From IMG/VR virus record IMGVR_UViG_3300050014_000899: 64,000 bases of DNA; one strand, given 5' to 3'. Origin of the DNA: a virus. The notes under the pieces were generated by a model. That model saw only the letters and a program-made list of their open reading frames with translations, ran no database searches and was not told where the DNA came from. Shown in pieces: positions 56,237-64,000 of the stretch. The translations under genes and the position numbers were made by a program. The number at the start of each line of letters is the position of its first letter. Position 1 is the first letter of the stretch.

Positions 56237-56431
56237 ATGAAAGAAGGAACAGTAAAATTCTTCAATGAAACCAAAGGTTTTGGATTCATTAGAGACAATG
56301 CCGACGGAAAAGAGTACTTTGTACATATTTCTGGAGTGAAGGAAACGACACTAAACGAAAATGACGAAGTTCAGTTTGATCTAGTCGAAGGAAAAAAAGG
56401 TTTAAATGCAGTTAATGTAACGTTACTATAA
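56237..56431 (+). CDS. csp: Cold-shock protein
   Basis: GTVKFFNETKGFGFI, FVH.S, GKKGLNAVNV. Confidence 0.95.
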   Translation: MKEGTVKFFNETKGFGFIRDNADGKEYFVHISGVKETTLNENDEVQFDLVEGKKGLNAVNVTLL

Positions 56432-56519
56432 GCATCTTTTTTAACCAGAATTTAACGCCCGGAAGTTTTTACTTTCGGGCTTTTTTTGTATATTTGTCTT
56501 TCACAAAGTACAAAATCTA

Positions 56520-56744
56520 ATGAACTCAACAGAAAGAATTATCATAAAAAGAGTAATTGGCAACTTAATAGGTTCCACAAATACCCCCTGGTCAAATGGG
56601 GATTTTGCTCAATGGACTAAATATGCCAAAGATGAAAAAGCAATGATTCTATCTTCGGTTTCAATACTGGAAGGACTCTGCGATGCACCGGATATGGTTG
56701 AAGAAAAGAAAAATACTAAAAAAGAAGAGGATCTTCTAGGATAA
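56520..56744 (+). CDS. Hypothetical protein
   Basis: After promoter at 56489. Confidence 0.5.
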   Translation: MNSTERIIIKRVIGNLIGSTNTPWSNGDFAQWTKYAKDEKAMILSSVSILEGLCDAPDMVEEKKNTKKEEDLLG

Positions 56745-56928
56745 TGACAGAATTTGACGAAGCATATACAAATGCAATTAAAAAACTGACTAAGATACCA
56801 GATCAGGGATATGGAGGGATAGCTTACTTAGCTTGTTTTGCCGATGGACATTGCGAGATTAATCTCGAAGATCGAGTTATTGAAGACTTTGATGATATTG
56901 AAGAATTTATCACTTATATGGAAAGATT

Positions 56929-57174
56929 ATGACAACACAAGAAGATGTTAGAAAATGGATCCAAGAGGCTAAGGAAAGAAAAGCCAAATTTATGATCGTT
57001 GTAGTTGATTCATTTGACTACGAAGATTATCCTGTATTCTGCTTGACAGAAGAGGAATGTAACGAAAAATATCACAATCCAGGTCAGATGCAAAGGGTGA
57101 TGGAAATTTATGATCTTAGTTTGGATACGGAAGATCAGATAAACGAAGTTAGAGCATTCCATCCTCCAAAATGA
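56929..57174 (+). CDS. Conserved phage hypothetical protein
   Basis: MIVVVDSFDYEDYPV..MQRVMEIYDL. Confidence 0.6.
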   Translation: MTTQEDVRKWIQEAKERKAKFMIVVVDSFDYEDYPVFCLTEEECNEKYHNPGQMQRVMEIYDLSLDTEDQINEVRAFHPPK

Positions 57175-57506
57175 ATCTGCACGTAGAACCAATGAAAGAA
57201 CCCATGATGTGGGCAGAGAACAGAACCATCATTAAATTAAATGGGTATGCTTTCGTAGATGAGTTTGGTTCTTGTCATATCATCGTATATGGAGAAGGAC
57301 TAAGAGATGCTTATTTAAAATACTTAAAAGAAATAAATGAAAACTAAAATTTTTTACACTTCCGATGAAACCGGAACCCGTATGGAAACCCAAATGAATG
57401 AGTGGTTTGCCGAAAATCCAAACATTAATATCGAAAAATTTGAACCTCTTACAAACAAATATTGTTTCTGGATTGTTATTGTCTATACTGAAAAACCGCT
57501 GGTGTA

Positions 57507-58028
57507 ATGGCAGAATTGAAAGATTGGGAAAAAGCCAGGGAGTTTGCTTTAAAAGCTCATGCCGATGTTAATCAGATGTATCGGGATAAGCCTTACAGCT
57601 TTCACCTTGAACAGTGTGATATGTTATTTGAAAGATTCAAACATTTGCTTCCTCCCGAAGATGTAGATGATGCTCATGGAGGAATGTGGTGTCACGATAC
57701 AATAGAGGACACAGGAAAAACTTTCAATGATGTTAAGAAAGCTACAAACGAAACTATCGCTGAGTATGCTTATCGTCTTACCAATGAAAAGGGAAGAAAC
57801 CGTCACGAAAGAGCTAATGAAAAATATTACCGGGAGATTAAGGAGTACAAACATGCTGCTTTCGATAAATTAATTGATCGGATAGCTAACATTACTTTCT
57901 CCAAAATTAATGGGGATTCCATGTTTAAGACTTATCAAAAAGAACATCTCTTCATGGTTCAACACATGTACACGGAAGGAAAATATGAGGAACTTTGGAA
58001 TGCATTATCTAACTTAATCTATTCATAA
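57507..58028 (+). CDS. HD-domain hydrolase (SpoT/Mesh1-like)
   Basis: A..FA.KAH..Q..PY..H, HDTIEDT, KLIDRIAN. Confidence 0.8.
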   Translation: MAELKDWEKAREFALKAHADVNQMYRDKPYSFHLEQCDMLFERFKHLLPPEDVDDAHGGMWCHDTIEDTGKTFNDVKKATNETIAEYAYRLTNEKGRNRHERANEKYYREIKEYKHAAFDKLIDRIANITFSKINGDSMFKTYQKEHLFMVQHMYTEGKYEELWNALSNLIYS

Positions 58029-58237
58029 TGTACGAATACAAAATGATTGTTTTAGCTGCCGATGGCCATTGTTTCCTTGATGCTAAAATAGCCGAACTTC
58101 AGACCCATTTTGATCAAGGATGGGACTATGTTGACAAACTTTTTCAGCCGGTTTCAACCGGAGGAGGGAGCTATCATGAAACTGAAAGATCAGAAGTGAT
58201 TGTAATTATCAAACGTAAAAAATCCGATTTAATCTAA
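58028..58237 (+). CDS. DUF4177-like small protein
   Basis: YEYK..GWDYV..IKR. Confidence 0.55.
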   Translation: MYEYKMIVLAADGHCFLDAKIAELQTHFDQGWDYVDKLFQPVSTGGGSYHETERSEVIVIIKRKKSDLI

Positions 58238-58428
58238 TGGACTACGAATTTAAAGTTATAAAAATGTGTGGTGCTGGAAATAAAGCTGATTCCGCATCGT
58301 TGGATTCTCTTCAAAAATGGTTTGACGAAGGATGGGAATATGTTGACCATATTAGTCAAAGAGGTGTCGAATATCCTGCCATGGGAGTAATTATCAAAAA
58401 ACTTAAACCTAATAAAGACTTAATTTAA
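58237..58428 (+). CDS. DUF4177-like small protein (tandem paralog)
   Basis: YEFK..GWEYVD..IIKK..DLI. Confidence 0.55.
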   Translation: MDYEFKVIKMCGAGNKADSASLDSLQKWFDEGWEYVDHISQRGVEYPAMGVIIKKLKPNKDLI

Positions 58429-59165
58429 TGGAAGAATTAAAAGTGGATGTAGGGGATTGGGTAGTACTTAAAACGGGTCGAATTGCCGGAAGTATTGTTC
58501 AAATTACATCCGATGATATGCCAGATGTTCCTTATGAAAATATTGAACGTCATGCTACTAAAGAAGAAATTCTTAGAGCTGGAGGAACTCCAAAAGATCT
58601 TGAAAAAAAGATTTATGTTTTTGTTCCTTACAATATTTCGGATAAGCAAAAAGGAATTCAGGCTCTTCACGGCGCTCAAAAATACGATAGAAAATATGAG
58701 GGATCCACGATGCTTCATGATTTCATCGATAATCACATGACGTGCATCATGCTTGATGGGGGAACAACTAATTCACATCCCGAAAGATTAGGAACTCTTA
58801 ATTTAATTCTTTTGGCAATTGTTGAATTTAATAATGGTTCAGAAAAAGAATATATTCCATATTCATTTTTTGAAGAACCGGATATTAATGATGCTCTTAC
58901 TGCCGTAGCTTTTATAGCTGACGAAAGAGTATTTGATTTTAAAACATATCCTGAATTCTACGATTGGTATTCTGAGCTGACTTCAAAGCTGACTTCAAAT
59001 TCGCCAACTACTCTTCCTATAAATCCTTGGGCTCTTCGAAGAATGTCGCCCGAGGAACAGAAAGAATTACTCCCGGATTATTATAAAAAATGGGTCAATG
59101 AAGTTCTTGGAGGAGATCATATTGAATTATTAAGAAATTTAATCAGAGGTAAAAAATTAGCATAA
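58428..59165 (+). CDS. PTH2-like peptidyl-tRNA hydrolase family phage protein
   Basis: S.KQKGIQA.H, LDGG, F.EPDINDALTAVAF. Confidence 0.6.
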   Translation: MEELKVDVGDWVVLKTGRIAGSIVQITSDDMPDVPYENIERHATKEEILRAGGTPKDLEKKIYVFVPYNISDKQKGIQALHGAQKYDRKYEGSTMLHDFIDNHMTCIMLDGGTTNSHPERLGTLNLILLAIVEFNNGSEKEYIPYSFFEEPDINDALTAVAFIADERVFDFKTYPEFYDWYSELTSKLTSNSPTTLPINPWALRRMSPEEQKELLPDYYKKWVNEVLGGDHIELLRNLIRGKKLA

Positions 59166-59695
59166 TGGAAACACTATTAGGAATTACTTTATTTGGAAGT
59201 ATATTTTGGGGAATAGCTGCTTTAGTTCTCCTTATTATTTTATTCTTTTATGCGGATGCTATAAAAGAAGGATTTGCCGCAACATTTGTTTTTATTGTTG
59301 TAGGACTGCTATTTTATTTTTGGGGAAAGGATACATTCAAACTTTTCGTTTCTCTTCTTACATTTACAAATCTGGGTATTTACTTTGGAGCAGGATTACT
59401 CCATGCATTTATTAGAATCTTTTTTCACGGGAGAAAGGAAATGATGAAAGTTAATGAACATAGATTAAGAGAAGACGATTATTATGAACCTTCTATTGAT
59501 CGAGATGTAAAAGAAAATGTATTCAGATGGTGGTTCCTATGGCCGATCTCTCTTATTAATTGGTTTATTTCAGACTTAGTTAGGGATCTTTACAATTGGT
59601 GCTACGACAAGTTAAGCCGTCTATTTAATTTCGTTCTAGATCTCGGAGTTAAATCAGTTAAAGAAGTTCCTAAAAAAGAAAAGAAGAACAGATGA
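59165..59695 (+). CDS. Membrane protein
   Basis: Several hydrophobic segments; WWFLWPIS. Confidence 0.65.
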   Translation: METLLGITLFGSIFWGIAALVLLIILFFYADAIKEGFAATFVFIVVGLLFYFWGKDTFKLFVSLLTFTNLGIYFGAGLLHAFIRIFFHGRKEMMKVNEHRLREDDYYEPSIDRDVKENVFRWWFLWPISLINWFISDLVRDLYNWCYDKLSRLFNFVLDLGVKSVKEVPKKEKKNR

Positions 59696-60048
59696 TAGCA
59701 TATAGAATTTGTGAGAGAAGAGGGGAGAAGTTGCTAACATTGTTTCATGCTTTAAACGGTTCAAGAGTTCTCCCGATTGGCATATGGTTAAAAGCTACAA
59801 TCAAACCTGTTTACGATGGTTCCCATAAAACTGCTAAGGAGTATTTGTCTGGGTTTCATGTATTAGCTGACCTTAATGAATGTCGTGCTTTTACAAGTAA
59901 ATTTAGAGCTAACAGGGATCTCGTTATTGTTAAATGCGATATTAAGGGAAATAGAACTAAAGATCACAGTCCGTCAAATATCATATTGGCTGATGAAATG
60001 AAGTTAATTGAAGTTGTGGAAAAAGTTAAAATTAAAAATCATGACTAA
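59692..60048 (+). CDS. Hypothetical protein
   Basis: Y.SGFH motif; overlap packing. Confidence 0.55.
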   Translation: MIAYRICERRGEKLLTLFHALNGSRVLPIGIWLKATIKPVYDGSHKTAKEYLSGFHVLADLNECRAFTSKFRANRDLVIVKCDIKGNRTKDHSPSNIILADEMKLIEVVEKVKIKNHD

Positions 60049-60751
60049 AGAAGAAGCTGTTCGTATATTTAAAAAGTATGCTTCCAAACATTATAACTAT
60101 TATAGTGCCGGTAGGGATATTTTTGAAGCTGCTTGGTATTCTCAATTTTGGAATGGCAAAGGAAATCCAGGAAGTCATACAAAAAGGGATTGGATGACTG
60201 ATGAAATCATTGAAGCTTTCAATTGGTATCTTGATGGTGTTGGGAGAGATAACGGATGGGGTAAGGATAGGGATACTAAAATGATACCCGTAAAAGAAAT
60301 GGATGCTATCGAAAGAGAAATCAATGAATATTGTCGAGAGAGGGAACATAAAAAATGGGAAACTGACAGAAAATCTCGAGAAAAAAGAGAAGCTAAAATT
60401 CAAGCTCAGGGTAAAGCATTTCAAGAAGAAATGAAAGTTGGCGATGTTTGGATGGTTAAATTCGATGATTACTGGAGAGAAAGAGGAATATTAGTTATGG
60501 AAATCGATCCGGGATCTATTTCAGGATTCTATCTGGATAATGTTTATAAAAGAATTCCAGCTGATTCTCCAAAAAAAGAAGGATACCTTTATACTAAGCC
60601 AAGTAAATATCAGGGGGTTAAAGTTGGAGATGTCTGGATTGATGGTATGGGAGAATGGGACGGAAAAACATTCAAAAGAACTAGATCTTATGAAACCAAG
60701 ATGGCCAAATTCCTTAAAAGAAAAATTGAAAACCCCGTAATTAAGAAATAA
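60041..60751 (+). CDS. Hypothetical protein
   Basis: Long ORF. Confidence 0.55.
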   Translation: MTKEEAVRIFKKYASKHYNYYSAGRDIFEAAWYSQFWNGKGNPGSHTKRDWMTDEIIEAFNWYLDGVGRDNGWGKDRDTKMIPVKEMDAIEREINEYCREREHKKWETDRKSREKREAKIQAQGKAFQEEMKVGDVWMVKFDDYWRERGILVMEIDPGSISGFYLDNVYKRIPADSPKKEGYLYTKPSKYQGVKVGDVWIDGMGEWDGKTFKRTRSYETKMAKFLKRKIENPVIKK

Positions 60752-60975
60752 TGCCAAATCCTTGTCCTTATTGTGGTATAAGAGAAACCCAAAAAGATGC
60801 AAATGGGTTTTGCAAAAAATATGGTTGTGCAGAACGTCATAAAGAAGAAATGGGGAAACAGGAAAATCATTTATTTGCAATACATCCGATAGCTTATAAA
60901 ATCAAAAGAGTCATAACAACGGAGACATATAATTACGGAAAATTAGTTAAAACAGAAACAACTTATTCTTAAAAT

Positions 60976-61482
60976 ATGAGAAAAATAATTAGTAACACGA
61001 TTAATGGTCAAGGTGACAAAGATGGAGCATTTGAATTTGCTTCATTAGATGAATCTAATGGTCATCTCTATATTCGAAATACCCCATTGGTAGCATCGGG
61101 CAGAAGTAATTCTCTTTCTTTAAAAAATGGGGTTTACCGTATAATTGAAGGGGTTCTTTATATCAAAGCGACCCAGCTGTTTTATGAAACAGTAGATCAT
61201 TTTGCTGAAAAATTGGACAAGTGGAGTCTTGCCAGTTATATTTATCTTATGGATCAGGAACAACTTGATGCTCTTGAGAATCCTCCAGTTCTTAAAGATA
61301 TACGTATTAAGCATTGGTTAAAGAAAGATGAATGGATTCGGGGATATGAAATTCCTTATTGCGGAGCATATAGTCCAAGAACTCGGGAGGTAGAAGATAT
61401 GAAATGGTTCAAATGTAAGTTGGAGAATCCATTTGAGTGTGCTTTAAGTAACTTTATTTTAAGAGAAAAAGATCCGGAATAA
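60976..61482 (+). CDS. Hypothetical protein
   Basis: ORF. Confidence 0.5.
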   Translation: MRKIISNTINGQGDKDGAFEFASLDESNGHLYIRNTPLVASGRSNSLSLKNGVYRIIEGVLYIKATQLFYETVDHFAEKLDKWSLASYIYLMDQEQLDALENPPVLKDIRIKHWLKKDEWIRGYEIPYCGAYSPRTREVEDMKWFKCKLENPFECALSNFILREKDPE

Positions 61483-61832
61483 TGGCTAGAATTTTAACAA
61501 TTTATGGAAAATGTTCGGATCTTTGCTGTACCGAATATAAAGTGGATGGTAAGTCCCTTAAAGAAACTGATGGTTATGCTCCTGAAATTCCTGGAGTTTG
61601 CGGAGGAGATGATATTCAATTTGATCTTGATTTAGATACGGGAAAGATACTTACATTTAAACCCATAACTCATGAAAAAGTTTTGGAAGCTCTTGGAGAA
61701 GACGAGGATGAAAATGATGAAAGTCATATTCCCGAAGGATTTTATGAGGATGCAGATGGAAAACTTGTTGGCATTCCTCGTATAGAACTGGATGCAAGTA
61801 TCAATAAGATGCTTGGTGAAATAAATTGGTAA
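61482..61832 (+). CDS. Hypothetical protein
   Basis: KCSD..DGY.P..GGDDI..DLDTGKI. Confidence 0.55.
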   Translation: MARILTIYGKCSDLCCTEYKVDGKSLKETDGYAPEIPGVCGGDDIQFDLDLDTGKILTFKPITHEKVLEALGEDEDENDESHIPEGFYEDADGKLVGIPRIELDASINKMLGEINW

Positions 61833-61834
61833 AA

Positions 61835-62341
61835 ATGAGTCAAATGCACGATGTATTTATGAAGACGGCTTTTCTCTTTGCAGAGAAGAGTCATTGTGTT
61901 TCCCATCATGTGGGAGCAGTAATTGTAAAAAATGGGAGAATTATTGTTACGGGATATAACGGAACTCCGGAAGGTCTCGGTAACTGTGATAACCATTTTG
62001 ATCCTACAAACTTCGATAGGGAAGCCCATCATGTTTGGTCAAGAGATAATGAAATTCATGCTGAAATGAATGCCATTGCTTTTGCCGCAAAGAACGAAGT
62101 GAATATTGATGGTACAGATATGTACGTAACTATTTCACCTTGTAACGATTGTTTGAAGAATGCTATACCAGCAGGGATCAAAAATATCTACTATCTTTAT
62201 CTTTATGATAAGATCAATTTGAACCCTGTTTTACTTAAAAGAATCAACGTTCAGGAGGTTCCCGGAGCAGAGGAAATCAAGGAATTTGTAGAGAGAAACA
62301 ATTTACTTTATGTTTCCTCTCAACGAAAAATTAACGGCTAG
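61835..62341 (+). CDS. dCMP deaminase
   Basis: VGAVIV..TGYNG.P, HAEMNAI, SPCNDC. Confidence 0.92.
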   Translation: MSQMHDVFMKTAFLFAEKSHCVSHHVGAVIVKNGRIIVTGYNGTPEGLGNCDNHFDPTNFDREAHHVWSRDNEIHAEMNAIAFAAKNEVNIDGTDMYVTISPCNDCLKNAIPAGIKNIYYLYLYDKINLNPVLLKRINVQEVPGAEEIKEFVERNNLLYVSSQRKING

Positions 62342-62396
62342 ATATTTTTTATTTAGGATATTATTCGTATATTTGTAATAATTAAAAATTAGAGAT

Positions 62397-62606
62397 ATGG
62401 CACAGAATAAATTTTATGTTGATGATAATTACAGAATAAATCCGCTTTCATTAACCAGCGGTGGAAAAGATGTAGAGATCTTTTTTGGCAATAAACAATC
62501 AAGAATTTATTCAAATGTAAAATCCCCATATAAATTCTGGAAGCAGGCAAAGCTTGACGATCCAACAATAAGGGGGTATAAAGTACTAGGAGATTCTTCC
62601 AAATGA
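62397..62606 (+). CDS. Hypothetical protein, paralog of 27556-27753
   Basis: YRINPLSLTSGG. Confidence 0.55.
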   Translation: MAQNKFYVDDNYRINPLSLTSGGKDVEIFFGNKQSRIYSNVKSPYKFWKQAKLDDPTIRGYKVLGDSSK

Positions 62607-62803
62607 GTGCACCAGACGAAAGCTTAGAAACATTACAAGCTGACATAAGGAATAAATTAACCCCAACTAAGAATCTTTTGGCTTTGTTGGATCTCTATTT
62701 TAAAGAGACTGATGAAACTAAGAAAGCTAAGTTAGTTAGTTTTATTGAGAAAGAAAGAATCAAGGTTAAAGAAAACGTAACATATTTATCAAATATATTA
62801 TAA
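62603..62803 (+). CDS. Small HisKA-like helical hairpin protein
   Basis: ADIRNKLTP...LL.LL resembles the H-box HDIRNPLT but lacks the His. Confidence 0.4.
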   Translation: MSAPDESLETLQADIRNKLTPTKNLLALLDLYFKETDETKKAKLVSFIEKERIKVKENVTYLSNIL

Positions 62804-64000
62804 TGGTTCCATCAATTCACCAAATCAACACAGTTACCGGAGATATAGCCCGGAACACTGAAAAGATCAAAAAATGGATTCTAGAAGATTCTAAACATGG
62901 ATCTTTTCTATCTATATTTCCGGAGACTGCTATAACTGGATATATGTGTGGATCGCTATGGGATCGTGAAGATTTTATAAAAGACCAAGTAGCTGAGGTT
63001 TATGGAATTCGTACTTATTTGGAGGAAATTGATTATAAGGGAACTGTTATTCTAGGCTTCATTGATTTTCTTGGAATGAAGAAAAACGGATTTCCGAAAT
63101 TGAAAAATGCTGCTGCTATTATTGATAAAGTTAATGTTCGAATTTATCATAAACAACTTCTTGCATCCGCTGATCATCACGAAGATAAAAAATATTTTGA
63201 ACCAGGAGATCATTCTTTAGTTTTTACGTGTAAGGTTGGGGATGAAACTAGGGAAGTTGGTGTTTTAATTTGCGAAGATGCTTGGGTATCGGATCATCAA
63301 AGAAATATACCAGACGAAATGTATTCTTTGGGGGCTGAAATATTGGTTCATATTAACCAATCCTATTTTTATTACGGCAAACAGGAAAAGAGATTAGCTC
63401 TTGGAAAAACAATAGCTCGAAATTATAAAATACCATTTGTCTCTGTAAATGCTATTGGTGTTGGGGACATTCTTAAGAATATTGTTATTTTTGATGGAAA
63501 CTCTTTCATCATTGATGATGAAGGGAATTGTGCTTTCGTAGCCCCAGCTTTTACCGAATATAATGGTAAAGCATCCATATCTGATTATAACATGTATTCT
63601 CCTCCATCGAAATATAAAGAGATCTGCGATGCTCTTCTTTTTGAACAGAGAGAATTTTTCCGTTTATGCGGAATTTCGAAAGCTCAGGTTCATGTTTCTG
63701 GAGGATTAGATTCTGCTATTGTTGCAGCTTTGGTAGCTAAATCAATGGGAAAAGAAAATACCATTCTTATTACAAATCCTTCAGATTTAAATACCAAATC
63801 TTTAAAATATGTTGAAGATCTTGCAAAAGGTTTGGAGATGGAATATTTTACATTCCCTGTTCAGAAGATTTATGATACCTTTGTAACAGAATTTGTTGCA
63901 TCATTTGGACAGCAACTTCCTCTATCAGGATTATCTTGTGCTCAAGCTACTCTTAGAAGCGTACAAGGATTAGTTGCTAATCATCTGTTTAAATCGGGGA
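62803..64000 (+). CDS. nadE: Glutamine-dependent NAD+ synthetase (truncated by window end)
   Basis: Translated by hand: QIN..TGDI..N, FPE..ITGY, ICEDAW, FDGNS, SGGLDSA. Confidence 0.88.
   Translation, partial: MVPSIHQINTVTGDIARNTEKIKKWILEDSKHGSFLSIFPETAITGYMCGSLWDREDFIKDQVAEVYGIRTYLEEIDYKGTVILGFIDFLGMKKNGFPKLKNAAAIIDKVNVRIYHKQLLASADHHEDKKYFEPGDHSLVFTCKVGDETREVGVLICEDAWVSDHQRNIPDEMYSLGAEILVHINQSYFYYGKQEKRLALGKTIARNYKIPFVSVNAIGVGDILKNIVIFDGNSFIIDDEGNCAFVAPAFTEYNGKASISDYNMYSPPSKYKEICDALLFEQREFFRLCGISKAQVHVSGGLDSAIVAALVAKSMGKENTILITNPSDLNTKSLKYVEDLAKGLEMEYFTFPVQKIYDTFVTEFVASFGQQLPLSGLSCAQATLRSVQGLVANHLFKSG

Noticed and set aside
1104-62646. Many short antisense or alternate-frame ORFs in the supplied track
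   Set aside because: They are shadows of longer genes with recognisable motifs and have no independent support
1-64000. Stop-codon reassignment (code 15 or 4)
   Set aside because: Genes are full length in code 11, TAG and TGA end genes at sensible places, and there is no canonical suppressor tRNA

Overview
AT-rich (about 33% GC by eye) segment of a large T4-like jumbo phage. Repeated TAnnTTTG promoter boxes point to a Bacteroidota host, and the genetic code looks standard. 1-13.9 kb (minus strand) is a virion/packaging module: a TerL N-terminal fragment ending in an apparent split N-intein, a probable TerS, a gp14-like neck protein, FkbM and GH130-like enzymes, and four fibre proteins saturated with [DN]-x-S motifs. 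14-43 kb holds early/middle genes diverging from about 20.4-20.6 kb, including Rnl1 RNA ligase, PNK-like kinase, HD and tyrosine-type phosphatases, nucleotidyltransferase, clamp loader, T4-type RNase H, an OmpR-type regulator, a lysin and a C1 protease. 43.5-53.6 kb is an RNA island with about 17 tRNAs, several enlarged or degenerate tRNA-like RNAs, unexplained structured RNAs and six free-standing endonucleases. It is followed by another GIY-YIG gene, Ro60/TROVE, a cold-shock protein, a PTH2-like protein, dCMP deaminase and a truncated NadE. The best candidate for a new system is a family of seven Y-RNA-like elements next to the phage Ro60 gene. They share one terminal scaffold (G-TRGTRA..AGnG-TTACWTCG...CnCT..AA-TTTCY-C) but carry interchangeable cargo: a short loop, a circularly permuted tRNA, an unpermuted tRNA, or a roughly 245-nt multi-hairpin domain. 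Two other strong signals: TTAAC direct repeats sit exactly 37 bp upstream of the -7 box at 11 promoters (a candidate OmpR-like regulon), and seven homing endonuclease genes have start-codon-occluding hairpins with a late-promoter-like motif in the loop. All calls come from reading motifs by eye; no searches were run.
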